Counted from the first letter of the stretch, positions 28,101-43,403 are shown. The stretch is DNA of 64,000 nt from Lama guanicoe (GCA_013239625.1 MU054001.1:6807078-6871077), one strand, 5' to 3'. Numbers and translations are program-made. The notes: generated by a model not told the origin, from the sequence alone.

Positions 28101-31100
28101 AAAGAGTATGTTCCCAGACCCAGAGAGACTCAGGAGGAAGACAAGGAAAGAGGGACCCTTGGCACTTCTCCCCAAGCATCTCATTAGCTTGAAAACAAAG
28201 ACTCTTAAGAGTCCTGTATGGCTTCTAACTGTTCAAAGCATCATCACTAAGATCTCAAACTAGTCTTTAGAAGAAATAAATTGGCTCCATTTTAGAGGAA
28301 TAACTGAGGCCAAGGTGAGCTGAACAACTTGTCTGAGGGCCACAGCACATAGGGCCCAGGATGCAGGTCCTTGGTAACTCAGGCAGGGTGGGTGGGTGGA
28401 GGGTTCATCCAGATGGAAGCCTACACTACAAATTTCCTTATTTTAAAATAGCACCTACATTCTAAAGAAAATGACCAATGAGATTTCACCACCTGTGCTT
28501 GGCACATCCAGGGTTTCCAATCTTAGTTCTTAGCTAACTATAACCACGTGCTTGCCACAGCACCCTCCGTTTTAACCTGTGCTTAAATGTAGCACGCACT
28601 GTTAACAGTATTCAGTTTTTCCGTTTGTGAATGCCTTGCCCTGAATCCGTGTACTTTTACAAATAGAAGCCATTTCTCTGTCTCCACTTATGCCAACCTC
28701 CTCCTCTGCCCCAATAAAGCAAGAAAAAAAGAAGTAGGCTGAGGAGGATCTGACAGATCTTTTCAAAACTCCTTCTAATGGCAGCTTATATTTAAGTGCT
28801 GCTCCCAATGAACACCAGGATTTGAAAAGCTGGTAGGTTCCCCCACTTGGAGCTGCTATTAGGAGAAACAGGGCCTCCCTGAGAGTACACAGACCAGGCT
28901 GGAGGAGAATGGCCCCTTTTCACGCCCACTTAGCCAACTGCTCCTCCTCCTTGAGGCTCTCCTGAGCATTCTCCTCCACTCCAATCACAGAAGCAAGACG
29001 GGTGGGACTTGCCCAGCAAGCCACCCCAAAGTCAAAAACCAGAGCCACGTGTCCAGCCAAACAGCGGGTATTGTTCTCAGAGCACCTGGCAAAATGATTC
29101 CCTAAGGCAGTTTAAGTGCCTTCAGATAAATAAAGAGGCATGAAAGTCAGGGCAGGGAAAAACCCTGGGCCCACCTGGCCACTGAATCTCCTTTTCTAGA
29201 CTAGGAAAACCAGCCCCAAGGCACTGTTCCCCCTACCAATCCCATCCCATTTCTAACCAAATCAAACCCTTGAAAATAGCATCAGTCCAGTTTTGAACAC
29301 TAGAATTCAAAACAGAGGTAGAAAAACCAAAACTGTGCAAAGCCAAGTCAAAAAAAAAACCAAACAAAAAAAAAAACCAAAAAACAAGGACTGGGAAAAA
29401 TACGGCTCTCTCAGAAGGGGCTATTTAAACTAGTAAAATGGAGAGGCTGTCTCCCAAGAATGAAAGGTTTAAGCAAGGCCACACTGGCCTGGCCGAGGCT
29501 ACTATTTGCAGTACCTAGATTCAGGCAACTGAGCCTCGGCAAAGTGAGAAGAGAACAGGGAGGGATGAGTTGGAATGAAAGCACGGGAGAAGGTAGGTGG
29601 ACAGAAAGAACATCTCAACTTACTCAGGGGTAGGACATGGCAGTGCAGGGCATCTGTCCTAGAAATCACAGGGTGTTTCCAGCTCAAGTGACCGAGAAAT
29701 TTGTCCACCTCAATCATGGAGCCATAGCTTGTTGGAAAACCTTCCTGGTTCCCCACTGCATACCAAACTTTGTACCATAAAGTCTGGAGCCCAGCACACA
29801 AGACTCCAGTCCACCTTTTCCATCTTATTCCTCTACCATATGCCTATGCCAGACAGTGATCTCCCAACGGCATCAATCCCCTTCCCCAACTGCCCAGAAC
29901 TTCCCAACCTTCTATCTTGGCTCACAGCCCACCTCCCACCTGGCATACTCTCACATTTTCTCTGTCTGCAAAAAAACAAAAAACAAAAAACAAAAACAGA
30001 AAAAAAAAAATAATACCCCACCAATCCTTAAAGAATTGGCGGAAAAGAGGCTCAGGCCCAGAGAACATCATGGCTTCAGTTTCCTGAAGGCGAAGACACT
30101 GTCCCGTTCTGTCCTAATCATCCTCGTATTTCGTGGAGCTCATACCCAAACTGCTATTTAACAAAAGGTAGAGATAATCCTTGAACTCCTACCAGCTCTG
30201 GAACCAGAGAAATCAGTTGTAAAATGGTAACTAGAGACAGTTTAACCTCAGACTTAACAGGGAGACTGTTGTCTCAAGGAGGGCCAGCTCCAGTCTGCCA
30301 GGTACCAACAAGGAGCAGAGCAGCAAAAACTTGTCTTCTCTGCCTCTGGCCTGCCCTCGGGACAGGGAGGCACAGAAACGGAGCTGGCCTCCTGTGGGCC
30401 AAGCCTCAAACTTAGCCCTGCAAGGAGTCAGAGGGAAACACTGGATGGACTCTGACTTGTCCACCTCACTGTTTTGAGTCAGCAGAACTGGGTGTCCCAA
30501 CATGGTCTCAGCAGGCCAGGAGCTCATCAAACCCCCAAAGTACTGGTGTTAATGGGGGCCAAGCGTCGTGGTCCCACCATGGCTTCCTCCCATGCATTCA
30601 AGAGATATTAAGTAACCAACTCACCCCCAAGAGGTCCAGTTCTGGTGCCTATGAGAGAGAGATCAAGAAACCCTCTCCCCTTCTGGGTTAGAACTATCTT
30701 GAGCAAGCAGCTGGGTGATTATTTCATTAGTTCTTAGAATTCTTAAGAATGTTTACTTATTTTACATTACCCTTCTTGACTTCACTTCTTGAATTCCACC
30801 CCAGTTAGAACTCTGGATCCCACAGGGGCATCTCTTACACTCACCCCAGCCGCTCTGGTTGTGCGTGGCACTTTACAGGCAGTTGTGAACTCAAGTCAAG
30901 ATCCCAGCCAGCTGGCCCCAAGAGTAAGAAAGCCCCAGGGCCAGCCTACCAAGACCCAAAAGGCCCGAGCCTCTGCTACCCACAAGGGGTAACTGTGTCC
31001 TCAGAGAACAAAACATGGCTGCCAGTCAAGGTTCCAGAGGGGGCCTAAAGGAAGGAATTGTGCGGGACCCTCCCCAACACCTCCATTTTTGTCAGGAAAC

Positions 31101-31624
31101 CATTACCAGTAGAATGACCCAAAGGTCTCAGACAGAGAAAAGGCTTGGGGAGCAAACCTAGGTCTGCTCAGACCCTTCCTCCCCCCTCCAGAACCTAACA
31201 CGATCTCCTGCCCACCACTCCATCCAGAACCCCCATTCCACCGCTCCGCCATTTTACTTTCTTCAAAGCACTTATTCACTATCTGAAATTCCCGTTTATT
31301 TCCTTACTGCCTGTTGTTGCCCTCACCCACACCCCCACCCACCAATGAATGGGTCTTGGTTTCATGCGGGTAGGACAGCCACATAGCAGGCAGTGCCTGG
31401 CACTAAGGGCCGCTCAGTTATAATTGCTGAATTCAATTCAGCAAGTGAACCGTATCTGAGGGCCTTACTTTGTGCCAGGTGCCGGGCACTAGTGGGTGAA
31501 GGGATGGGGGGAGGGCACTCACTTGCTTTAGCCAAGGTTGGCGGAAAGGAGTTGGCCACGCGGGTGGGAGTAAGTCCAAGCAGGAGGTCCCCAACTGGGG
31601 ACAGCTGGTACTCTTCCCCTACTA

Positions 31625-32560
<936 letters not shown>

Positions 32561-35500
32561 TTAGAGCTATATGTGGCTTCTCCCTGGAGGCGCACCCCGC
32601 ATTCCCCGACACCCACCCTCCCCCAACACCTGCAAGGACACAGGCTGAGAGATGGTGCAGTCCTTGCCCTGAGTTTCATCATCCACGCCCGACGGTGGCT
32701 GTGGCCACTCCACGGGGGCCGCACCACGTGGGTTGTTAGGAAGTCGGGGTAAGGAGTTTAGGACTTGGCTGCCACTCTTATCTCCTCTCAACGTCGGTTA
32801 TCTTGTCGGCAAAACGGAGCTCACAGCGTCTAGGGATTGTAGTGACAGTGCCAGCCGCTGATGTATACTAGGTGGTCAGGCTTTTCCTGACTGCTCCGTT
32901 TCAAACCCTACCCCATCACCTTTACCTCTTTTAATTTACTTTCTAGCATCAGAAATTACCTTTAGGCACTTTTTACTGGCTCTTGCATTAACTTTTAAGC
33001 TTCTGGAGGGCAGAGGCAGTGTTTTTCTTGCTCATCATATTCACACCACCTCTATGTGTTCCCAGCACATAGTAAGCACTCAGTAAATGTTTGTTGAAGA
33101 GTGAATGCTCAGCGCAAGGTAGCTATTCTTTTGTGGAAAGGTATCTGCAGGCAAAGGCATCCTGGCTCACCCAGAGCGAAGGCAAGAGTGGGAATGGAAG
33201 ACACCTATTACAAGACACCAAAATGATAGAGGGTGTGGGAAAAGTCATCTCCTCTCTCTTGGCCTCAGATTCTCTATCTGCAAAATAAATTGGATTAAGT
33301 AAACTCCACTGTCCCTCCTGGGCTTAGAAATTGTGTGTCTAAGGTGTTTTCAGGCAGATGAACAATCCAGAGCTCCCTTATACCAACAAACACACACACT
33401 CACAGTAAATTTGTGAAAGTAGGGGTCAGGAGGCACTTTAAAACACTGCAGTGTAGGGGAGAAGGTACTGAAAAATCTGGGTTTGAATAGATTCAAATAG
33501 CCACTTACCACTTGACTGACTTTGAGCATGTTACTTAGCCTTTGTAAGCCTAGTTTCCCCATCTATGAGAGAAAGGTCAATGAGGTAACTGTAAAAGCCA
33601 AGTGCTTGGAACACAGTGCTGTGGTTCACTCTTGTTCATCTTTGTCAAGAGAATGCCACAGATTTGGATTAAATAAATTGATTACCAATAAAAGGGAAAG
33701 GTGGATGAGGAGAACAACAGAAAACAAAGATCTTGCTGAGTATTCCTGTTAGCAAACCGGCTTGGCCCACCCAGGGCCCTGGAAAGTAATTTGGGTTCCT
33801 CATCACGAGTTCCACCCCCAGCACCTGTGTCTACACTAGCTCCTTCCCAGCCTCTGTCTCAGTGGATAGGCATTCAGTCTCCAGGAAAAAGATTCTCCCC
33901 CAGGGAGAAAACAAGTTAATGTCCCAAATACATCCTTTGCCAACCTGTCATAACCGCATGAGAAGAAAGCTCCCTTGCTTCCTTGTGAACCACACTTTAC
34001 AATTTGCAAAGCACTTTCTTGCCTAGTGTTGCATTTGAACCTGATAGACATCAATGAAGGAAAAAGGGCAGCATTATCCCCACTTTGTGGATGAGGCTCA
34101 GAGAGAGTGTGACTTGTTTGGGGGCACAGTTAAGTGTTGAGCAGGAAGTGTGATTCCTGACCCAGTGCTGCAGCCCATACACGCAGGGACTGGGCTTGTG
34201 TGGCTCTCCAGGTTTGGAAATTTGAGCTACCCATTGCAATGCACTGAGCCCTTCAAAGGCTTTTGAGTTGTAGTTATGGTGATGATGATGATGGTGGTAA
34301 TAGTGTGAACTTTGCCTTTATTTTGCCTTCTAGATCAGATCAGGGTGGGGCAGGAGGCAGTCTCGTAAATATTAAAGATAAAACCTGATTGAAATGATCA
34401 TGAATGCCTCCCCTATGAGCTAGATGAGTGCTCCAAATACACGGCAAGCTCTCGATGACCCACACAGTTGGGAGAGTCATATGTTTGCAAGACAGGCTAC
34501 CAGTCTTTATTCCTTTCCTCAACAGGTTTTTACTGGGCACCTACCACGTGACAGGTCCTGGCTGAGCTCTGGGTCTATAGTGAGTCTCACAGACCGTCCT
34601 TTCCTGCACAGAACATAAGACTTTCTTGAGGAAGGCAGACATTGATTAGATAACTACACACACAAAAGTGATTACATAGTGTGATAGCTGCTGAGTTTTA
34701 TGAGCACTTATAGCCCAGAGGTCTGAGTGAAAGTTTCTGAGAGGAAGCGGGCCACGAGCTGGAGCTGCCCGGCAGCCTGGCAGGATGCTAAGGGACAACA
34801 GTACTGGCAGGCGTGGTAGACACATGGATGTGCCCTCACCTGTCAAGGGAGAACTTGCCTTTAACCAAGGGTTGCAGTCATTCGACAGCCTTGCACAGCA
34901 CTTGCACAGAACCACCTTGCCTGAGGTCTCCGTCACACCCTAACTGGAGAAGCTCACTGGACTGCTGAACAGTATTATTTGCTTCAGGGCTTCCCCAGGA
35001 GGTTGGCTGAAGTTTCAGCAGGCCTACAATCATGGATTTTCTTTCTCTGCCTGACCCTGCTTCCTCCCACTTCCTCTTACAGGAGTGGACTCCTAATATC
35101 CATCTTGCACCTCACACTCCATCTTAGTGTCAGTGGTAAGGCAGATGGCATCCTGGGCCAGGGTTTGAGGAGCTACAAGAAGGCTGGGGTGACAACAGGT
35201 GAGACAGTGAGGGAGGGGCAGGGCTGGAAGACTGGGGTCAGAGGTGAGCCCCTGGTAGGACAGGCAGGCCAGGTCCCGAATGTAAGAATTTTGGTTCTCA
35301 TCCTAAGTACAACTAGAACCCCCATGGGAGGCTGAAAACAAGTGGTGGTGGTGGGGGGGTGACCTGATCACATTTATGTTTAAAATTCTGCTGTATGGAG
35401 GGTGAAGTGGAGTGGGTAATGCAGGATGTAGGAGAACTACTGTGGCACGAACAAGGTCCATTTTTGGCCAGGACTTGGGTGTGGGTGATGGGAAATGGAT

Positions 35501-35998
35501 AGGCTCTTCTGCATCCCCAGAACCTCGAATAATACTTGGCACACAGAGGTTTCTCAGTGAATTTTTATTAGATAAATGAGGACCTTGATTCTGTGAGGTC
35601 CATGCTCTCAAGGTGTTTGCAGTCCAGTAGGAGATGGGGAGATGGGCAGCACTTAGTCAGTGTGGTAAAGGCAGACCCCAAGAGTGCAGAGCGGACAGTC
35701 CTTGGAGTCAGTAAGGGCCATACCACTCAGCTAGGAGGAGAAGAGACATTTGTAAATAACCACAGAGCAGGACAGAACGTGACAGGGTCCTCCGAAGAGA
35801 ACAGATGGGCACTGTGGGGCTGCAGGAAGGGACTGATGACCTCTCAGAATGCCAAGTCATGCTGGGGCTGGGTGCTTGGATGACTCCAAGGTTAACTATT
35901 CATCCTTTCCTCCCAAGGACTCTTAGGAAGCTGAGTAGGAGTTGGTGATCTCAGTAGTTAAATGCCTTAGCTAATGGTCTAGGGTAGCGACTTTAAAG

Positions 35999-36074
35999 TG
36001 GAGGTGCTGGGGATTGAACCCAGGAACTTGTGCATGCTAAGCATGTGCTCTACCACTGAGCTGTACCCTCCTCC
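35999..36074 (-). mobile_element. tRNA-derived SINE (head only)
   Basis: ggattgaacccagg...ctctaccactgagct. Confidence 0.8.
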
Positions 36075-36602
36075 TCCTTTCAGACTTTCTAATCTACCCA
36101 AATGTCCCTAAAGAAAATAAATTTTTAAAATATAATTTTAATCCTTTCAGCAACCCTCTGAGGTAGCTACTGTTGTCACCTCACTGACCGGTGAGGAAAC
36201 CAAGGCCCAGTGAGCAGAAACTGCAGCTGTGACTGGGAGAGTCAGCAGCACTGGAAGGGGAGACTGGACTGTCCTCAAGCTCTCCGAAGAGCCAGTAACT
36301 CAGAAATCAGGTAGAAATGCAGGTGGTCCTGCAGAAGAGGAGGTTAAGGCCCAAGAAGGTATAGCACTGGTTAAGCTCATACATCTAGTTAGTGACAAAT
36401 TTGGAACCAGAATTCAAAACTACCTGATCTGGGCTCTTCCCACTATGATAGTGCCTCACCTTGCTCTACACCTGTGGTTAAATTTTTGTGTACATCAGAA
36501 TCCTGATTTAAAGAAAAATCCCTGGGCAAAACTAGCCTTGGAGTTTCAGGACAAGCAAGTCTGGACCAATGCTCTGGAATCTGCATTTTAAGCAAACACT
36601 CA

Positions 36603-36780
36603 GGGAGTTACTGTTTAAGAGGGACAGAGTTTCAGTTTGGGAGGATGAGAAAGTTGTAGGGATGGATGGTGGTGGCAGTGGTTGCACAGCAGTGGAAATG
36701 TACTTAATGTCACTGAATTGTACACTTAAAAATGCTCAAAAATGGTAAATTTTATATTACATATATTTCTCCATAAAAAA
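36603..36780 (+). mobile_element. Old L1M 3' end fragment
   Basis: Similar to the element at 5860-6020. Confidence 0.7.
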
Positions 36781-36833
36781 TTTAATGAACAAGGATTTCC
36801 TGTGTAATGCAAGAACATTTAAAAAGGAAAACA

Positions 36834-36976
36834 GGAGGGAGAGTATAGCTCAAGTGGTAGAGCACATGCTTAGCATGCACAAGGTCCTGGGTTCAATCCC
36901 CAGTACCTCCTCTAAAAATCAATAAACCTCATTACCACCCCCTCAAAATAAAAATAATTAAAATACAATGATAAAC
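36834..36976 (+). mobile_element. tRNA-derived SINE
   Basis: 13-bp target-site duplication (TSD) aaaaaggaaaaca at 36821-36833 and 36977-36989. Confidence 0.88.
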
Positions 36977-38149
36977 AAAAAGGAAAACAATGTAAATCTA
37001 AGAATGCTTATCCCCTGTTTCAGAGATGGCTAACTGAGCTGTTTCTGGGGTGTGAGAAGGCATTTGCTCGGGTCTCTCTCTCTCTTTCTCTACCACATAC
37101 CAATCAGTTCCCATTCTTGCTCCTCCTGTTTTCCTTTTAAACAAGGGTCTCTTTTTTTTTTTTTTTTTTAATGTCAGGCTTGAGTTTTTAAGGGGAAAGT
37201 TAGGGGGTTTCATTGAGATCCCATCAGCTCTGAGTCTCTTACAGGCAAACGATTGCCTCTCTAACAAGCAAATATTAGTTGAGGTGACCTAATAGCCAGG
37301 ACATATGCATTGGTAAGCTTTCAAAATGACGTGCAAAGTGGGTTAAAGATAAACTTGTGATACAAAGCCAAGCTGGACATAGGCAGGCAACTGGCACATT
37401 TGACATAAGTTTAATTTGTGAAGATTGACACTGAATAAAGACATTTCACAAAAGCAGTATTTGCAGTTCAATAGTGCATCGATAACATTTCAAAACAGAC
37501 GCAGACACATTGTGGTCTTTGCAGCTGACTCAACAAAATCCAGGTATTGGAGAACAAGGAGAGGAAAGGGTAGACGGGTGAAAGAGAAAGAACAATTGTA
37601 TTTGCTTCAGGAACGAATTCAACCTTCTTTCAGAGTGTGTTTGTTTTCCCACATTCCTTGCTTTCTTGCTTGCTGGTCTTGCAGACTCTTTGACTTAACT
37701 TCTTGCATGGAGGACACTTGCAAAAGATTTCAGAAACAATCCAAGGAACTAATTATCTTTATTATTAACTTCTTAGCAAACTCAGTGACTTCAGCTATTC
37801 AGTGTCTCCAAACAGATAAAAATATTAAGCAATGGCTCAAATCAATACTTCCAACTGGGGTTTACTCTGAGTTTTGCCAGATATTTTCTTCATGAAGCCA
37901 CAGAATCTTTCACCTAGAGAAGCTTGCAAAATAGTTTCAGGACCCAGAAGCTTAAGAGAAAAACATATTTATGCAATACCATGAACCCTTGTCCTTAGCT
38001 GTTCTCATTTATGCCTTTAGTTTTTGGGTTCTAGTTCTTAAAAGGATCTGTTTCCTATTTTATGCCTGGAGATACGGGCACAGATTATATTTAGCACCAG
38101 GGTGGTGTGGCACGAAGCTTTCTTTATTAGTAATAACATTACTAAAGTT

Positions 38150-38355
38150 ATAGCTAATCATTATGAGGCATTTTAATGTGTCAGGTACTGGGCTAAGTGC
38201 TTTACTGCATTACTTCATACAAGCCTCAGAACAACCATATGACATACTGACTACTATGATCCCCATTACACAGATAGGAAAACGGATGTTCAGAGAGATT
38301 GGGCAACTTGTCAAGATCACACAGCTCATAAGTAGCAGAACTGAGACTTGAACTT
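38150..38355 (-). mobile_element. MIR SINE
   Basis: Core ccccattacacagataggaaaac...aacttgtcaagatcacacagct. Confidence 0.65.
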
Positions 38356-38359
38356 AGGA

Positions 38360-40480
38360 CCTCAAAGGTTAAAGGCTCAGGCGAAGTGGCTGGGAAGGGA
38401 TAAATTGGGAGTTCGAGATTTGCAGATACACACTACTATATATAAAATAGATAAACAACAAGTTCTTACTGTATAGCACAGGGAACTCTATTCAATATGT
38501 TGTAGTAACTTACAGTGAAAAAGAATATGGAAACGAATATATGTATGTTCATGTATAACTGAAGCATAATGTTGTACACCAGAATTGACACAACATTGTA
38601 AACTGACTAGACTTCAATGAAAATATCTATATACCGAGAAAAAAAAAGGTTAAAGTCCCACGAGACTGCCCCACTCCTGTTACCAGCCACACGTGGAGTC
38701 CCCAGGCTACCTGCCCTTCTGCTCAGGTAACTGCAAACTCGAGGGACCCTACAATCCCTCACTCAAATACAGTACTCCCCTAGAATGGCAGAATTCAGTT
38801 ATCAAAACTCTACTTACGATTACAATTTTATTATAAAGGCTACAACTCAGGAGTAGCCAAATGGAAGGGATGCACAGGGCAGTTTGAGAGGCGAGCAGTG
38901 GCATAAGCAGTGGAGGAGGGCGTGCTGTCCTTCCAGCACGTGGATGTGTTTGTTACCTGCCCAAACTTGGGTCTGTTGGCCCACGCTTAGCAATGCTAAC
39001 CTACTGACACACTGGGTTGTGGTGAAGGAAAACACAGTGTCTGCTGCAGGGCACCAAAGCAAGGAAGAGGAGAGTCAAGACTCAGATTCACTCCAACTTG
39101 GTCTTGGGTTGGGATTTTTTTTTTTTAAGAGGAAGAACTGAGAAGCTGGGATTAATCATCTTGTGACATTTCTTTTTTTTTTTAATTGAAGTAGAGTCAG
39201 TTTACAATGTTGTGTCAATTTCTGGTGTACAGCACAATATTTCAGTCATATATGAACGTACATATATTTGTTTTCGTATTCTTTTTCACCATAAGCTACT
39301 ACAAGATATTGAATATAGTTCCCTATAGGGGAGGGTATAGCTCAGTGGTAGGGCACTTGCTTAGCATGCACGAGGTCCTGGGTTCAATCCCCAGTACCAC
39401 CATTAAAAAAAAAAAATCTAATTACTCCCCCTCCTGAAAGAAAAATGAATATAGTTCCCTATATAGTATACAGTGCTATACAGTATAAACTTGTTTATCT
39501 ATTTTATATATACCAGTCAGTGTCTGCAAATCTCAAACTCCCAATTTATCTCTTCCCACCCCCTCCCCACCTGGTAATCATAAGTTTGTTTTCTATGTCT
39601 GTGAGTCTGTTTCTGTTTTATATAGAAGTTCAGTTGTCTTTCTTTCTTTCTTTTTTTTTTTTGATGGTGGTTTCAGGAGTCAGGATGTCTCTGGTTACGA
39701 TTCTCTGGTCCATGGCTGGGAGGCTTATCTTGCCCTGGAGAAACAACCTGAGCTTGCAGGTTAATGATGCTATTTCATGAGGTTATCTTCACAATGTTAT
39801 CGACAACAGCAACTTTAGTTATCTGACTCTGGTTGATTAGTGTTCAGTTAGCACAGGATTGAGGTCACAGGGGTGAAGAAAGGGAATAAAGTTTTGGATA
39901 GAGAGTGAGTAATCATAAACTCGGTAAGGGAACTCAGTCTTAGGGGGACTTGGTTTGGTGTTCACCGACCCATAAGCTCCCCAAGGCTCCTTATACGTGG
40001 AATCTAAAAAGAAAAAATACACATTTTGTTTATGAACCAGAAATAGACTCACGGACATAGAAAAAAGACTGTGGTAACCAGGGGCAAAAGGGGATGGGGC
40101 GAGGGATAGATTAGGAGTTTGGGATTAATAGATACACATTTTATATATAAAATAAACAACAAGGACCTAACGTATAGCACAGGGAACTGTATTCAGTTTC
40201 TTGTAATGAGCTGTAATGTAAACGAATCTGAAAAATATATGTGTATGTATATATCTATAATTGAATTGCTTTGCTATACTCATGAAACTAACATTGTAAA
40301 TTGATTACACCAATAAAAAACAAGAAAAAAGTTTTTGATGAAGGCTACTTTCCATAGGCATGACAACTCATCACACCATTGACCATTGATGACTGAACGC
40401 AATCTCCAGACTCATTCACCTCCCTGGAGTTTGGCAAGTGGGGCTGAAATTTCTAACCCCTCTAATCAAGTGTTAGACTC
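38360..40480 (-). mobile_element. MER21-like LTR broken by nested insertions (L1 about 38381-38646; ERV-like LTR about 38951-39957 containing L1 about 39171-39640 and a SINE; L1 about 39990-40330)
   Basis: The pieces rejoin as the reverse complement of the LTR at about 54000-54580; TSD aaggttaaag around the first L1. Confidence 0.7.
39328..39445 (+). mobile_element. tRNA-derived SINE inside an L1 fragment
   Basis: Perfect 18-bp TSD tgaatatagttccctata at 39310-39327 and 39446-39463. Confidence 0.9.
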
Positions 40481-41582
40481 ACCTCCAGCCACCTTGTTAG
40501 CATACACTCTGATTCCCAATTCTCCCATATACACAGCAGCTTTTAAGTGTTTTAATTTCCCTGAGAATCTTACTCCTGCTTTTAAAAGGGATCTTAGCTG
40601 GTCTATTGTATTCCTTAATCAGTAATCTTTTGCCCCAGGTGTCTGGGGGTCTGTAGCCCCTGTGGCTTTTACAAGCTGTGTCCAGGGCTTCCCATAGCTT
40701 TTCCCAGCCTGAGACCTGAGCTGTACTATGTTTGGCCATCTGAGCTCCAAGTTAGGTGACAGGGACCAATCAGACAACTCCCACACAGGTTAAAATGTTG
40801 AAAATTAGGTCCATTCTGCTTTTTCTGGCTCGTGGAAGAAAACTGGGGACTGGATCACTTCTTCCCCTAGCCCACTGTATGCCACGCTGAGCAGGAGGTG
40901 GGGCAAGAGCAAGTAAAACCACCTCAAAACTTCATTCCATTTTGAATGTGGCTTTTACTTAATTGGCAATTTGCTTGGTTGCTGTAGGTCTTGCATTTGT
41001 AGAGCTCCTATTAAGTTAGTTTAGCCAATTTCTAGTTGTTTACGTAATGTTTCCAAGGGGAGAATGAGGACCTAGAGCTTTCTAGTCCACATCTAGCTGA
41101 TGTTACTCTAAACGTCATTTTGTAACCCAAAGATTGATTTATTTTTAAATAATTTTTACAGAGCAACTACATTATAAATAATATAAGCCTTCACAAATTA
41201 AGAGATTAAACATTTTCCTTAAATGTACATACTGTCACTCAAAAATTGCACATTCTAGGATGTCAGTAATTATACCCTCCTTAAAGAAAACTGCACACAG
41301 ACTATTTCATCATAAAATCTTTGCTGCCAATTCAGCCATTGAACTGCCCACAGCTTCTAAAATGTTCTTACAGCACAGGGAAGATGACTGATTTTGAAAA
41401 TGGAGAGAAGTAAAAACAAGGAAAGCTCTGACATGGACACTGGGTGGCCTACAAAACCGGGAGGCTAACAGGCTCTTTACCAGAGCATGTCTGTAGGGCA
41501 GAATTGCTCTGTCCAACTAAAGAAGTACAAAGTAAAGAACAGCTCCTACACTTTCAAATGTTGGGGGATAAGCATCTTTTTA

Positions 41583-41732
41583 TTTTTTTTAACTTGCTCT
41601 GGGTTTTTGTTTGTTTGTTTGTGAGAGGAGATAATTAGGTTCATTTATTTATTTAAATGGAGGTGCTGGGGATTGAACCTAGCACCTTGTGCATGCTAAG
41701 CATACACGCTACCACTGAGCTATTTCTCTCCC
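41583..41732 (-). mobile_element. tRNA-derived SINE
   Basis: Reverse head and T-rich tail; imperfect agcatytttt flanking repeat. Confidence 0.85.
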
Positions 41733-42563
41733 AGCATTTTTTAGTAATGTGTGACCATAGCAAATTCTCTTTGGTGTCCACCAGGTAGGTGAAGTGGGAC
41801 CAACCAGGGTCTAGTAAAAACATCAGGAAGCTGGTACCTCTATTTCCTCCATGCTGAGAGAAGGCCAGAATGTTGGAGCCAAAAGGGCCCTGCAGTTATC
41901 CAGTCCCAGCCTCCGCCACCACCCCTCTACAAAGATAGGGGCCAATACTGCTGCTTACACCATCAGCCAACTGGGATCTGAGATGAAGTATTTCTCTCTC
42001 CCTTCCCAAGAATAAAATTAACTGTTCATATTGAGAGTGGTTTTACAGTTTGCTAACTTCCTTTCCTTTTGTCCTGTCAATTTTCTAACCACCTTGAGTG
42101 GTGGAGGCTACTAACCAGTCGTACAGATGAGCAAACTGGGAATGAAAGAGCTTAAAATTTCTTCTGAAACACACAGGTTTTCTCATGGCAGAGTCAGAAC
42201 TTCCAACTGGAAACCTATGTCTGTACCATGATGTGATAGGCTGTCATTCTGTCTGTGGCGGAAGTGACATGTTCAGTGTGGGGTCACCTCCTCTGACTCC
42301 ATGGACAAAGGGCATGCTGCCTTCTCCTGAAGATAAAGGGTGAGGGACTGGGGAAGCCAGATCCCAGGACAGGGAAAGAGTCCAGAACTTTCAGGACGAT
42401 TTCTGATGTTCTTCACAGAGGGCAAGAAAGGCTCTAGGCAATTCCATTATTTCAGGGTCACTTTAATTAAGGGGGAAAGAAAGCCGAAACAAAGCACAAC
42501 AATTGTGGTATCCTTTTATTTACATATGTATTTAGTAAACTTTTCTACATAACAATTTTCAAG

Positions 42564-42690
42564 GGGGAAAGGTATAGCTCAGTGGTAGAGTATGTGCTTA
42601 GCGTGCACAGGGTCCTGGGTGCAGTTCCTAGTGCCTTCCTCTAAATAAAAACCTTATTACCACCCCTCCTCCAAAAAAAATTTTTTTTTA
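42564..42690 (+). mobile_element. tRNA-derived SINE
   Basis: TSD aattttcaag at 42554-42563 and 42691-42700. Confidence 0.85.
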
Positions 42691-43283
42691 AATTTTCAAG
42701 TTCACAGAGAAGTAGGGAACCCATATACCACCAACTAGACTCAACAGCTGTTAACATTTTTGCCATATTTGATTAATTTACATATAATGTACTTCTTCAA
42801 ATTGAAGATGCCATTGATTATAAGACATTCCATTATTTTATAAAACAACAAAAAGAAGAAAACACTGCCATTTAATTGTTAAGACACCACCAATTTCGAA
42901 GCTACATTCCAATTTCAGGGATATTAAAATGTGAAAAAAATGTGTGACTAAAGAGTATTCACTATATAATTCTATTATTTGAAGTTCTAGATCAGATAAA
43001 ACTAATATATAGTGAAAGAGAGCATCAGCACAGTGGTTCCCTCCATGTAGGGCAGGAGAGGGGATTTACTGGGAAGAGCCAGGGAAACTTTCCTGGGGGA
43101 AATATTCTGTATTTTGATATAGTAATGTCATTTATCAAAACTCATTTAACTGTTAACACTTAAGATCTTTATATACTACATAATATATTTTATACCTCAA
43201 TTAAAAATTATGATAACAAAATGTGACTTGTAATCGATTTTTTTTTTTTTTTTGCTACAGCATTTTAAAGTAAAATACAGTAT

Positions 43284-43403
43284 GGGGGAGTGTATAGCTT
43301 AATGGTAGAGAGCATGCCTAGCATGCACAAGGTCCTGGGTTCAATCCCCAGTATCTCTATCAAAAAAGTAAATAAGTAAACCTAATTACCTCTTCTTGCA
43401 AAA

